64,000 bases of DNA, taken from the NCBI RefSeq assembly GCF_035084215.1, contig NC_090325.1, forward strand, positions 51,646,001 to 51,710,000. Direction: 5' to 3'. Below the pieces are notes generated by a model, which was not told where the DNA came from, made no database searches, and worked only from the letters and a program-made list of their open reading frames with translations. Within the stretch, counting starts at the first letter, position 1; each line of letters begins with the position of its first letter. Source of the DNA: Heptranchias perlo. Lineage: Eukaryota. Positions 1 to 13,282 of the stretch are shown here, piece after piece. The position numbers were made by a program, and so were the translations under genes.

Positions 1-510
1 AACGCCGGGTCTCAAAAGAGCAGCAGACAAGAATTTCCGATGAGGCCTGGGGTGGGCAGAAATTCTTTCCACTCTATAGAAGGCCCTGACGTCAAACGGT
101 CTCTCCTGCCCGAATTCCTATGGCTTCCGCCTGCTTTCTGCCCAGCCATCTGAGGCCTTGAAGAAACTGATGTCCAGGTTATTGTAGGGGCCCTACCTGG
201 GACACCTCTGAAGAATGCTGGCACCATCAGGAAAATTGGTCTTCCTTTAAACATTAAAAAACCTTGGAGCTGGTGGTGCGAACCTCCCCCTCCAGTGGGT
301 ACCCAAGATGCACCCATAGGTGCAGGCACCTGCCAGCATTATTCAAATGAGGTGACCTAACTTAACAGCAGGTACTCCGGCAAAGCCATGAATGGAGGTC
401 AGCAGCGGAAGGGCAATGCCTACTCCACCGCACTTGCGTCTGCACAGCAGGCACAAGGATTTTCACGCACATCATTTCTTCACCAACAAAAACAGCAACA
501 ACTTGCATTT

Positions 511-2965
511 CATAGAATCATAGAATCGTTACAGCGCAGAAGGAGGCCATTCGGCCCATCGCGCCTCTGCCGACTCGTTGTAAGAGCAATCCAGTTAGTC
601 CCATTCCCCTGCTCTTTCCCTGTAGCCCTGCAAATTTTTTCCCTTCAAATATTTATCTAATTCCTTTTTGAAAGCCACGATTGAATCTGCTTCCACCACC
701 CTTTCAGGTAATACATTCCAGATCATAACTACTCACTGCGCTTTTCCAGACGTCGCCTTTGATTCTTTTGCCAATCACCTTAAATCTGTGTTCTTTGGTT
801 CTCGACCCTTCCGCCAATGGGAACAGTTTCTCTTTATTTACTTTATCTAATCCTTCATGATTTTGAACACCTCTATCAAATCTCCACTCAACCTTCTCTG
901 CACTAAGGAGAACAATCCCAGCTTCTCCAGTTTATCCACGTAACTGAAGTCCCTCATGCCTGGAATCATTTTAGTAAATCTTTTCTGCACCCTCTCTAAG
1001 GCCTTCACATCTTTCCTGAAGTGTGGTGCCCAGAATTGGACACAATATTCCTGTTGAGGCCGAACCAGTGTTTTATAAAGGTTCATCATGACTTTCTTGC
1101 TTTTGTACTCTATGCATCTATTTATAAAGCCCAGGATCCTGTATGCTTTTTTAACTGCTTTCTCAACCTGTCCTGCCACCTTCAAAGATTTGTGCACATA
1201 TACCCCAGGTCTCTCTGTTCCTGCACCCCCTTTAGAATTGTACCATTTACTTTATATTGCCTCTCCTCGTTTGTTCCTGCCAAAATGTATCACTTCGCAC
1301 TTCTCTGCATTAAATTTCATCCGCCATGTGTCCGCCCATTCCACCAGCCTGTCTATATCCTCCAGAAGTTTATTACTATCCTCCTCACTGTTTACTACAC
1401 TCCCAAGTTTTGTGTCATCTGCAAATTTTGAAATTGTGTCCTGTACACCCAAGTCCAAGTCATTAATGTATATCATATCATTAATATATATCATTTATAT
1501 ATATATATGTGTGCAAAATTAAAGCACATGGGATTGGGGGGAATATACTGGCATGGATTGAGAATTGGTTGACAGACAGGAAACAGAGAGTAGGAATAAA
1601 TGGGTCTTTTTCCGGGCGGCAGGCAGTGACTAGTGGGGTACCGCAGGGATCAGTGCTTGGGCCCCAGCTATTCACAATTTATATCAATGATTTGGATGAG
1701 GGAACGGAATGTAACATTTCCAAGTTTGCAGATGACACAAGTGGGCAAGAACATGGCAGATGCAGTATAACGTGGATAAATGTGAGGTTATCCACTTTGG
1801 TTGTAAAAACAGAAAGATAGATTATTATCTGAATGGTGATAGATTGGGAAAAGGGGAAGTGCAACGAGACCTGGGTGTCCTTGTACACCAGTCGCTGAAA
1901 GCAAGCATTCAGGTGCAGCAAGCAATTAGGAAGGCGAATGGTATGTTGGCGTTCATTGCACGAGGATTTGAGTACAGGAACAGGGATGTCTTACTGCAGT
2001 TGTACAGAGCCTTGGTGAGACCACATCTGGATATTGTGTGCAGTTTTGGTCTCCTTATCTGAGGATGTCCTTGCCATGGAGGGAGTGCAACAAAGGTTTA
2101 CCAGACTGATTTCTAGGATGGCAGGACCGACATATGAGGAGAGATTGGGTCGACTAGGCCTATATTCACTAGAGTTTAGAAGAATGAGAGGTAATCTCAT
2201 CGAAACATATAAAATTCTAACAGGACTAGATAGACTAGATGCAGGGAGGATGTTCCCGACGGCTGGGGAGTCCAGAACCAGGGGTCACAGTCTCAGGATA
2301 CGGGGTATACCATTTAGAACTGAGATGAGGAGAAATTTCTTCACTCAGAGGGTGGTGAACCTGTGGAATTTTCTACCACAGAAGGCAGTGGAGGCCAAGT
2401 CATTAGATGTATTGAAGAAGGAGATAGATATATTTCTTAATGCTAAAGGGATCAAGGGATATGGGGAAAAAGTGGAAACAGGGTACTGAGTTAGACGATC
2501 AGCCATGATCATTTTGAATGGCGGAGCAGGCCCGAAGGGCTGAATGGCCTACTCTTGCTCCTATTTTCTATGTTTTTATGTTTCTATATCAAAAAAGCAG
2601 TGGTCCTAGTACTGACCCCTGGGGAACACCACTGTATACCTTCCTCCAGACTGAAAAACAACCGTTCATCACTACTCTCTGTTTCCTGCCATTTAGCCAA
2701 TTTTGTATCCATGCTGCCACTGCCCGTTTTATTCCATGGGCTTCAATTTTGCTGACAAGCCTATTATGTGCATATACACATCAATCGCATTGCCTTCATC
2801 AACCATCTTTGTTAGCTCATCAAAAAACTCGATCAAATTAGTCAAACACGATTTGCCCTTAGCAAATCCGTGCTGGCTTTCCTTTATTAATCCATACTTG
2901 TCCAAGTGACTATTAATTTTGTCTCGGATTATCATTTCTAAAAGTTTCCCCATCACCAAGGCTAA
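511..2965 (-). mobile_element. CR1 LINE (family A), 5'-truncated, split by a nested insertion
   Basis: (CATAGAAT)n tail at 511; RT C-terminal peptides in ORFs 847..1197, 1252..1494 and 2729..3049; the sequence breaks at ~1478 and resumes at ~2585. Confidence 0.9.
1510..2584 (+). mobile_element. CR1 LINE (family B), nested in the family A copy
   Basis: VPQGSVLGP and FADD RT motifs (ORFs 1509, 1760, 2034); 3' tail TTCTATGTTTTTATGTTTCTA; preceded by an (AT)n tract. Confidence 0.9.
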
Positions 2966-3911
2966 ATCTACTGCTTTAACGCAGAAAAGCGTCCCAAGAC
3001 GCTTCACAGAGACAGGAGAAAAATGGAAGGCGAGCCAAAGATGGAGCAATTAGGAGGGATGAGCTTGTACAACCGGGTTGGTTTTAAGGAGGCTCTTGAA
3101 GGAGGAGACAGTGAGACAAGAATCAAATGGAAACCAAACTGTTACAGCTAACTTTATCCCAAGCAGGAGCTTGTCCAAAATAGCCACATTTATTTGATAA
3201 AAGGGGGTAGAAACCCCCTTTGTATATTAGAATTCCCCAACATTAGCAAAAAAGACAAGGAGCAGTAAAATGGCGCTGACAACCTTAAAATGTAGAACTC
3301 TGTGTAGCTGTCACTCCCAAAATGTCCTGAAGATTATAGCTGTGTTTATACTTGTAGCCATCTGCCTAACCATGAATTGACCTCAAGGCCAGAGGAGAGC
3401 ACTGTTCTACACCAGTAAATTTAAAACGTTTGTTTTTCAGAACATTAATGAAAACTCTATGTAAGTTTACTAAGTGCTCAGTCGGTCCAAGCAATCCCTG
3501 AATACTTTTTAAGCCTGGTTCGATACTGCACTGGAGTTAGTGTGAGACGGCCTCCCATCACTTCAACGCAACACAATAATGGCACTACAAACTACAAAGT
3601 GTATTAGGCATAGAGAGGTAAAGAGAAGGAAGCAGAAGACAATAATGTGTGAGCAACAATGTTTGGGATAATTACAGGAAGTGAAAGACATAATTTTTTA
3701 ATATATTTGCCCATAAGCAATTTGCAGGATCCTGCAACAAAACAGTTTTTTGCTGCAATGTTTTGTTCACCAAACAAGGTTGATTCCAAGTCCATTGGTT
3801 GTCTGTTCTTTGAATTGATTTGCTACAATTGAGATGGCTGGGATGTCATTTGTTGTTTTATGTACAGGTCCTGGTCAATGCCACTCTTGCCAGCAGCGAA
3901 GAAATATGTGA

Positions 3912-4722
3912 GAGGAACAGAGACCTGGGGGTATATATGCAAAAATCTTTGAAGGTAGCAGGACAGAATGAGAAAGCGGTTAAAAAAGCATATGGGTTCC
4001 TGGGCTTTATAAATAGAGGCATAGAGTACAAAAGCAAGGAAGTTATGTTGAACCTTTATAAAACACTAGTTCGGCCACAACTGGAGTATTGTGTCCAATT
4101 CTGGGCACCACACTTTAGGAGGGATGTGAAGGCCCTGGAGAGGGTGCAAAAAAGATTTACTAGAATCGTTCCAGGGATGACGGATTTCAGTTACGTGGAT
4201 AGCCTGGAGAAGCTGGGATTGTTCTTCATAGAGCAGAGAAGGTTGAGAGGAGATTTGATAGAAGCGTTCAAAATCATGAAGAGTTTGATAAAATAAATAA
4301 AGAGAAACTGTTCCCATTGGCGGAAGGGTCGAGAACCAGAGGACACAGATTTAAGGTGATTGGCAAAAGAACCAAAGGCAACATGAGGAAAAACTTTTTT
4401 ACGCAGCGAATAGTTATGATCTGGAATGTACTGCCTTAAAGGGTGGTGGAAGCAGATTGAATCATGGCTTTCAAAAAGGAATTGGATAAATACTTGAAGG
4501 GAAAAAATTTGCAAGGCTACAGGGTAAGACCAGGATAATGGGACTAACTGGATTGCTCCTACAAAGAGTTGGCACGGCCCAATGGGCCGAATGGACTCCA
4601 AAAATTTGCAAGGCTACAGGGTAAGACCAGGATAATGGGACTAACTGGATTGCTCCTACAAAGAGTTGGCACGGCCCAATGGGCCGAATGGACTCCTTCT
4701 GTGCTGTAACCATTCTATTCTA
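3912..4722 (+). mobile_element. CR1 LINE 3' fragment with a 97-bp tandem duplication in its 3' UTR
   Basis: ORF 3820..4296 contains LVRPQLEYCVQFW; 4503-4599 is repeated at 4600-4696; ATTCTATTCTA tail. Confidence 0.9.
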
Positions 4723-4789
4723 AGCAACGAAAATTAAATAACATTACAAGTATGCTAAAAATGAAATACACTTAAAAAAAAGCTGTTTG

Positions 4790-5255
4790 CACAGCCCACC
4801 CACTCCCTCGTGGACTGAAGTCACACAGCCACAGTGCCTGCGTGGGAAAGGTGACGTCCCGCAGCTGATTGTAACGTGCTGTCACCCACCATGGCTTTTA
4901 CATGAATGCTGCGCTGACAGACGGAGGGGTCGGATCGGTGCGACTCAGACAGAATTTGGACACTTGACCGCTTCAAAGCAGAGTGGGTACAACTTGACCC
5001 AGAGCACGTGCGCGTACGTCAATTCGCGGAACGATGTGATTGACAACTGTTTCCTCGATCTGCGCATGCCACTTCATTGAGCCTCTCAGAACCCACGTGT
5101 GTTTGAGAGAGCTGTGGTCGTGCGAGAAGTAGTTGCTTATTTATATAAGTTTTCTTTTTAAAACTAGCAATCTTTTCAAGAAATTCCAAGTTATTTTCAG
5201 CTGTCGCGAGTTTAGCTTTGAGGTTTGTGTACGAGTCCAGCTGTTTGCAACTAAG
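4790..5255 (+). promoter_or_regulatory. Candidate CpG-rich promoter and non-coding first exon of the ACSBG2-like gene
   Basis: Locally CpG-rich, non-repetitive stretch. Contains TGACGT (~4853), CACGTG E-boxes at 5005 and 5094, NRF1-like TGCGCATGC at 5061, and a good donor AAG|GTACGT at 5255/5256. The link to the downstream gene is inferred. Confidence 0.45.
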
Positions 5256-7789
5256 GTACGTTTTTCTTTTCACTCACACTCTTTTCCTGGTTCTTTCAAT
5301 TTATATCTAGGATACTTTGTTGTTCTCTCGTTTGTCCCTCCCTTTCAGGGCAAGGGAAGGTTTATAATACGTTGTAGGAAAAACATTTTCTCTCCTTTGT
5401 GCTTAACGGGCTTTAATCCTAATTGAATTTATGATTTCTTTGTAATCGTATTTTATTCTATTCTCATTAAAATTTAAAACGCCAGCTGTGAATTTTATTT
5501 AGTGTTCAGCTGTCTTTGAGAGCTGGTGATATTATGTTTCTGAGGTTATTATTACTAGCAAACCTGTCAGGGGGAACGATTTCGGTTACTAGTTATAAAT
5601 AGTGGTGCCTGCATCTGCCTTTTTGAAACGAATAATTTTCTCCTTCACTTGTAAGTGATGAAGAAAGCAGGAGAACTGTTTCAGAAGGGACCTGCTGCTT
5701 GAGTGCTATTGCACGCTTTAAAAGCTCTTGTCTTCATATAACTGGCAAACTTTTTTTCCCAGGTACGATGGGGGACAGAAAGAATCAGAAGAGTTGTCAT
5801 TTTTGTCACTGTATAGACAAACGAAATTTAATTTGTGGCACTGTGTTTTTGTAAATAAATATTGGTGCCTCTTTAAAATTACACCCTAATGGTAAAATTA
5901 AACTTGATTAATCAGAATTTAGATCACTGTAAATAATGAATATTCACTTTCATTTTCTTACAGAGCCTCCAGTTATTGTAATATTGACCCTTTTGGACAG
6001 ATTAAGTGCAGTGTCCTGCTTAATTTTGCCTGCATATAAAAATAGTATGATTTTGTGTTTTAAAAATAGTAATTTTGTACCATGAAGATGTGGAAAAGCT
6101 CACTCAAAATGCAGTATTTAAATAACCATGACTATATGACAACATTTGTGTTTTTTTTAAAACTGGTTTGTAGTATTGGTGTGATAAGATCAGTATAATC
6201 TAGATGGATGGAAAAAGTTGTTTTTGTTTTCAATTCAAATTCAGGTCTGAACCATTGCCCATGTGAGGGAAGCAGAGCTCTGTTTCATTTCAAAATGTGA
6301 CCTTTTTGTTTTAAATCCTTTCATACTAATTTTTAGCTAATCCAAGTGTTGTAAGTTTAAAATATAATTCTGTGTTGCACACTGAAAGGTACTCTTGTGT
6401 GGGTGGGGGGGGGGGAATTAAACAATACACAATAGAGTTGGCAATTACCTTCAAAAAGGAAGGTGGCTTGCCTTTGTTTGTTATTGCCTATGAACAGAAC
6501 ATAATTAGATCAAGGTTGTCTGCCTATTACTGCAGGTTGGTGAAAAGGAATTGCTCAAAATGTTGCTGCCAAGAGAGAAAATTTAAACTTATTGTCCATG
6601 ATTGCGTTAATCATTAAGAGGGTGTCCTCATGCCAAATGAAAATGTCAAAAGTCTTTGTTTCAGGCCTTATGCAGTAAGAAATACCTTTCTGGACAGCGT
6701 TGGAGTTGTTACCCACATTGCCATTCATTAAGGTGAAAGAAATAATTAGTATAATTATTACTGCCCTTTTGAGGGAATTTTTTTTCTTTGAAGAACAGAT
6801 CCAGTATGTAAGGTCTCCTTTTGATCTGGATTGATAACCCTGTATTTGGCTGGGATATATTCTATAGGCCATCTCTTTAATTCAGTTTCAGTTGTGTAAA
6901 AGAACCACATGGAGAAGGCAGCAATGCTGCTGCTCATATGCAAAAACATTGGCTGGAGTTTTCTGCTTGTGTGCCAGCCAGCATGCAATTTTTTTTTTTT
7001 CCATTCATTTTAATGGATGGGAAAATCATGGGCTGGGACGCAGAGATGGAACCTTCACCATCATATCAGAAGTTCTGCTGCAAATTGGATTTGTAAGGAA
7101 AAAAAAAGTCTGGAGAAATATCTTCAAATTCTTGTGGACTGAGTCAAATCTTTATTTTTATCAATATGTTTGTACTGGTCTCTCACTGTTTTCTCTTTGC
7201 ATACTTTAAATTAATTTGACCTGTAGTTTAATATGAATTTTATGATCTGACAGCACGTTTTCCACCTATTGAAGAGTCGGGCGGGCACATGGGCATCTCG
7301 TGTGACATTCATTGGGAAATATCTCAACAAAAGGGCAGTTGTTAATCCTGAGGTGCATTAAACCTACTAACTCTACTTGTAGGATCATAAGAATCAGGGC
7401 ATGCAGATCTGCCTATGGAATCTGTCCTGTTGCTGTAAGCATGAGTCAAATGCTGGGTAAAATGTTGAACCAGAACCGTCCTAGTTACCTGTTTTGTTTT
7501 CCCGCTCCTCTGCCCAGATCTCTCTCTCATGCAATCCACCTTCTCTACCATGCACCTTGCAACATGTAAGTTCCTCGATTTCACTCTTCAGCTGCACTGG
7601 TTCAATCTGTATTGCAGCTGTCCTGGTTTTCAAGTTACACATTGTACTGCATCTTCACCTCATTGTTTGCTTTAACAAATAAAAACCTTTTTTTCTTCAT
7701 TTCAGGTAGCAAGAACTGGAGGCTCAAGCAACACACGATGCCAGTCAAGTCTGTTTCTTTTTCACTTCTGACCCTGTCTAGTTTCATTC

Positions 7790-9760
7790 CTGTCCAGATG
7801 CCTGTTTGTCAAGTTTTCACTATCCCTTTTGACCTTTCCCTTTCTGACTCTGATCTATCTTTATTGAAGACCTCAGTTTCATTCCCTATACCCCTACCTC
7901 AACAAATTCTAAGCTTAACCTGATGTTGAACTCTTCTGATGCTGTCTTTGCAACTGTGCTTTCTTTTGGCCAAGAGATGGCCTCTTTCCCTCCCCCACTC
8001 CCCATGAATCTGACCTCGTCTGTCTGCAACCTTCTCAATATCCAGGATCTTTTCCTTTGTCATCTTGCCTTCTCTTGATCTTTCCACTAAGAACTCTTCT
8101 AGTCTCTAGTCTTCTCTTGACCATTCCATCTGTTCTCTTTTGTTTTTCCATTTGTCTTACATGCTGTAGTCTTTCTCCTAAAGAACTTGTAGCTGAATTC
8201 CACTTCTGACATCAGTGAAGCTGATGACAAAGGGAATGCTATTGTCAGGTGGCTAAAGGACTTCTACTTGTCTGAGACTGAACAGCAATTAGTTGACTCC
8301 TCTTCCTGCCTCCATCTAGGCCATGACAACACTATCAAACAGCAAAATACTGTTTCCCAGACTGTTCTGGAGTACCTTTTGCCCATCTCCCTACTGTCAA
8401 TCTTAGTTAGCCACCTTATGTTCTTATGACACTAAGAATATCAAGACTAGATAAAGGAAAGAGAGGAGGGACTAGTTTAGTGGAATATGTAAGCTGGAAC
8501 AATGGTTCTGCGAGCACGGTCCTTAAGTTGGCTAACTAAGATTAGTGGTAGGGAGATGGTGGAGTCAGGAGATGTGCCACTTCGTCACAGAATACCCAGC
8601 ATCTGACCTGCCTTAATGGCCACAGAATTTGTGGTTGGTCTAGTTGAGTTTCTGGTGAATGGTGACCTCCTGGATGATGATGGTGGGGGATTCAGCGATG
8701 GCCATGCCATTGAATGTCAAAGGAGACTCGGTCGCCTTTTTTTCCCACCATGGACATTCTACATGATGTCCTGCTTCTTCCTTGAACAATGGTCCTACCA
8801 GTTCGCATTGACCACCATCTGCTTCTTCCTTGAACAATGGTTCTGTCAGTTTCCTATCCTCCTCCACTTAGTGAGAACAAGTTCAGCCATCAACAACTTT
8901 TTCAACCCTACTCTTGGTACCAGAGTTTTTGAATCATATTCCTACCAAATGGACATCGAGCTGTGTTTTAATCTTGGCACTTTCCCATTTAATCATAGGA
9001 TGCAATCCTTGTTTGTTCATCTTTTCTCATATAATTGTTCGGTGTCCAAACACCCCTTTCATATGATAAATCAATTCACGTGTGTGTCATCCAATATATT
9101 ATGCTGTATTTACTGCCCACTGTGTGATCTCCCCCCACATTAGGGAGACAAAAGGCAAATTAGGTGACCACTTTGCTGAGCACTAATGTCCTTGTTTGTG
9201 TGAGTGTGATCCTGATCTCCCTCTGACTTGCTACTTCAACTCCCCATCCCATTCTCACTCAGATGCAAGGTTCTTCCTTCTGTGCACTCTCATTTCCTTA
9301 GCAGCAAAATGATTCTGGGGGTTACAGAGTGGGTTAATTGGCCATTGTGGGAATGGACCTTTTATCAGAATACAGTTCTGGCAGGGTCTGCATCAGGGGT
9401 GCTGGTCTTTTTCTTTTCCCCCTTTGGTGCTACTGCCTGCTGTGTGTGTTCCAGCACTTTGCTTTTATTTTAAGTTTCCACATTTTCTCATTTAGATATT
9501 TTAGTGCTTTTTTTATTATTTCGAATGTCTTTTCATTGCCTCACTGAGAGGATCTTCATATATCCTCACCAATTTTCAATAAAACCTGTTTGGGCATTGC
9601 ACAGTTATCTCTTCTCCATCCCTGCCACAACCCCACCAATTTCATTAAGTAACTCACTTATTTTTCATTTCTGATGAAGGATCCACGTTTGAAATGTTAA
9701 CCTGTCTTTTCTTACAGAAGCTGATGGACCTGCTGTGTAGTTCCAGCATTTTCTGCTTTC
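7790..9760 (+). mobile_element. Decayed Penelope-like retroelement (RT and GIY-YIG remnants, hammerhead-type 3' end)
   Basis: Broken frames give IPFDLSLSDSD…SF(I)P, a xADKG-like motif at ~8220, and FTCVSSNILCCIYCPLC…ETK..LGDHFAEH (GIY-YIG-like) at 9075-9185. The terminus CTGATGAAGG…GAAATGTTAAC…CCAGCATTTTCTG is at 9671-9755. Confidence 0.7.
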
Positions 9761-9949
9761 TTTCGCTGTGAATTTTCTTTCCTGATGGAGATAATTGGCA
9801 CTGTTTAGCCAAACTCATCATTCTTTGTTAAAACAACTAAATCCCATTCTTAATGTATGAGCCTAGATGGGGAATGTTGGCAGGCTCTTTGACAGTGGGG
9901 AGCATCACACCTGAGCCTGATTTTGTCCCTGTCCTTGCCCAGGCACCTG

Positions 9950-10084
9950 TGACAGTGCAGCACTCTCAGTACTGCACTGAAGTGTCAGCCTAGATTTTTA
10001 TGCTCAAGACTCTGGAGTGGGGCTTGAACCCACAACCTTCTGACTCAGAGGTGAGAGTGCAGATCACTGAACCAAAGCTGACAC
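9950..10084 (-). mobile_element. tRNA-head SINE 5' part (DeuSINE/SacSINE1-like)
   Basis: Reverse complement reads GTGTCAGC..GGTTCAGTG…GAGTCAGAAGGTTGTGGGTTCAAGCCCC (A/B-box-like), then the CAGTGCAGTACTGAG core that is also seen at ~21911. Confidence 0.75.
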
Positions 10085-10299
10085 CAAAAGCACATCTGGG
10101 CCCCGATATTAGTGGGGAGGCGGGGTGGCAGTGGGGGTGCGATTGGGCGCATGGGTAACCCGCCCAATATAATCTGTCCATTCCCCATGCGATCGCAGGT
10201 AAATTGGAGCCACTTAACGTGGTTTCTGGGTTTACCGTCTGAAAGCTGTGCAGCGGGCTGTCATCCAATGGCTGCTCCTGGAGCAAACACCCACACACC

Positions 10300-13282
10300 A
10301 CAATAGGAGCAGCCTTCCCCTGTACTGCTCCAGATTTAGTGATGCCTCACTCCAGGTGTTACTGGATAGGAGGAGGAGGAGGGGGGAGAGAGGAGGAGGG
10401 ACGACTACGACGACGGCGACGACGACCCAGTGCAGGCAGCGCGGCAATGACCGTACTAGGACAGCCACAGTGGGTACACGTACGCATGCACCCGGATGCC
10501 GTCATCCTGTCACCGCCCCCCCACCCCCCAACGCATTCTGCACTGCCAACACTACTCTATCACACCCACTCAAAGCTCATCCTCAACTTACCGGCACTGC
10601 CTCACTTTCCCATCACTCACCCCATCACTGCCACTCAACCCAATCCTCATACAATGAGCTCAGTCGCATACTCACCCGCTGATGCATCTTTTGCATGGTC
10701 AGCCTCACCCAAACCAATGCATTCATCGGTTGGCCACGTCACCATCACTCACTCACGCGTCTGTGCTTTCTCCCCTTATAGGAGAAGATAGACCAGAATG
10801 CACAGGAGAGGGCGAGGACTGGAGGGGGGCAGCAACAAATCGTCACAGACGCGGAGCAGGAGGCGCTGGAGCTGAGCCGCACCCTCTAGTTCCTGTCCAG
10901 GGATGTTTTTTTTATTCGTTCATGGGATGTGGGTGTCGCTAGCGAGGCCAGCGTTTATTGCCTATCCCTAATTGCCCTTGAGAAGGTGGTGGTGAGCCGC
11001 CTTCTTGAACCGCTGCAGTCCGTGTGTTGAAGGTTCTCCCACAGTGCTGTTAGGAAGGGAGTTCCAGGATTTTGATCCAGCGACGATGAAGGAATGGCGA
11101 TATATTTCCAAGTCGGCATGGTGTGTGACTTGGAGGGGAACATGCAGGTGGTGGTGTTCCCATGTGCCTGCTGCCCTTGTCCTTCTAGGTGGTAGAGGTC
11201 ACGGTTTTGGGGGGTGCTGTCAAAGAAGCCTTGGTGAGTTGCTGCAGTGCATCCTGTGGATGGTACACACTGCAGCCGCAGTGTGCCGGTGGTGAAGGGA
11301 GTGAATGTTTAGGGTGGTGGATGGGTTGCCAGTCAAGCGGGCTGCTTTGTCCTGGATGGTGTCGAGCTTCTTGAGTGTTGTTGGAGCTGCACTCATCCAG
11401 GCAAGTGGAGAGTATTCCATCGCACTCCTGACTTGTGTCTTGTAGATGGTGGAAAGGCTTTGGGGAGTCAGGAGGTGAGTCACTTGCTGCAGAATACCCA
11501 GCCTCTGACCTGCTCTTGTGGCCACAGTATTTATGTGGCTGGTCCAGTTAAGTTTCTGGTCAATGGTGACACCCAGGATGTTGATTGTGGGGGTTTCGAC
11601 GATGGTAATGCCATTGAATGTCAAGGGGAGGTGGTTAGACTCTCTCTTGTTGGAGATGGTTATTGCCTGGCACTTGTCTGGCGCGAATGTTACTTGCCAC
11701 TTATCAGCCCAATCCTGGATGTTGTCCAGGTCTTGCTGCATGTGGACACAGACTGCTTCATCATTTGAGAGGTTGCGAATGGAACTGAACACTGTCCAAT
11801 CATCAGCGAACATTCCCATTTCTGACCTTATGATGGAGGGAAGGTCATTGATGAAGCAGCTGAAGATGGTTGGGCCTGGGACACTGCCCTGAGGAGCTCC
11901 TGCAGCAATGTCCTGGGGCTGAGATGACTGGCCTCCGACAACCACTACCATCTTCCTTTGTGCTAAGTGTGACTCCAGCCACTGGAGAGTTTTCCCCTTG
12001 ATTCCCATTGACTTCAATTTTACTAGGGCTCCTTGGTGCCACACTCAGTCAAATGCTGCCTTGATGTCAAGGGCAGTCACTCTCACCTCACCTGTGGAAT
12101 TCAGCTCTTTTGTCCAGACTGGAACCTGACAAATGTCTGGTGACAGAACTTTAACATTCAGCACACACAATATGAATGGACGTTAACATGTCTTGCCATC
12201 TTCAGCACATCAACATCTGTTATCATGCTTAATATAGCCGCCTGTTCTCTTACAGGGCCTTCAGCGACCACTGTGATGACAGAGAGCGATTCCTCAGAGG
12301 ACCTGCCGACCTCTGAGGGTGCACCGTCACACCTGAGCGAGCCATCCACCAGCGCAGGTACGCACACATTGGTGGGTCCCCGTCCGCAGTTATTTGGGGT
12401 CGCACATGGTGAGTTACCACACGTGAGAACGAGCAGACACTGGTGGCAGGGGCAGCTGTGGAGAGTACGCGTCGGTGGGAGCACTCCTCTCCAGGCTCTG
12501 CTCAGCTGGACACAGATGCTGAATCCTGGTGGCCATCCTTTAAAAGGAGAATAATCGAGGGGCAGCAGCACATTTGCGAGGTGCTGGAACAGGTGCCACA
12601 CGCACTCTCCACAATCGCGCAGAGGATGGAGGACTCCAACTCCTGCATGAGTGTAATGATGGCACAGGTACAGGAGGGAATCTCTGAGATACTGTCGCAG
12701 GGATATGAGGGTATCTCTGAGATAGTGTCGCGGGTAAGTGCGGTAATATCTGTGATGGAGGGAAGGCTAGCCTCCATGGAGCTTCAAACATGGCTCACCA
12801 TTGAGTCCATTGAGGCCCTGACAACGGCCCTTTGGACTCAGGGTGAACAACATTCTGCCGCGTTAAACAGGCAGGCAGGTACACTAGCACTGGCCTTACA
12901 AGGCTTCACACATGTCCTCCAAACTGTAGTCCAGCAGAGTGGTAGGAGTGGCGTGAGCCTGGCCCAGAGGAGCGATGATGGTGAAAGGGGACATGGAAGT
13001 GGGGACGACACTCAAAGCGCCCCCACGACTCACCCGTTGCCCCCCTCTCAACCAGTACCCACAATGTTGCCTCTACTCCAGGTGGCCGAGTCTGTCCCTG
13101 TACAGGTGGAGCAGTCTTTGGAGGGGCCCTCACGGGCACTGAAACCCAGAGGGCGTAGGCCTAAAGCATCTAATTGGTCAGGGCATGAACAAGAGCAACC
13201 TGCCACTACCTCTGCCGCTGCCGCAGCCACAGGGGATGCATCACGTAGAAGTAGTCTGAAGCGAAAGGCAAAGGTTTTGTAA
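10300..13282 (+). pseudogene. Harbinger Myb/SANT-like DNA-binding gene, spliced remnants
   Basis: RFSDASLQVLLD and QCRQRGND (10325-10460); EKIDQNAQERARTGGG exon (~10782-10890); last exon from the acceptor at 12256 continuing into the 279-aa ORF 12443..13282 after a frameshift. Confidence 0.75.
10905..12117 (-). mobile_element. CR1/L2-group non-LTR LINE (family D), inserted in the Harbinger element
   Basis: ORF 11220..12044 with PQGS and FADD RT motifs; 3' end GGGCAATAAA…CATCCCATGAACGAA plus A-tail. Confidence 0.9.

Noticed and set aside
1-470. Possible right part of a DNA transposon or MITE
   Set aside because: GC-rich and repeat-like, but the left end is outside the window and no TIR pair or TSD can be verified.
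1021-1522. Numerous 60-150 aa ORFs antisense to LINEs, here and across the window
   Set aside because: Shadow frames of CR1/L2 ORF2 that recur in every copy, with no independent gene signals.
4503-4696. CRISPR-like or satellite array
   Set aside because: Only two units with no spacers, in a eukaryotic LINE context.
12443-13282. 279-aa ORF as a novel standalone gene
   Set aside because: It lies inside Harbinger TIRs and continues the frameshifted Myb/SANT gene.
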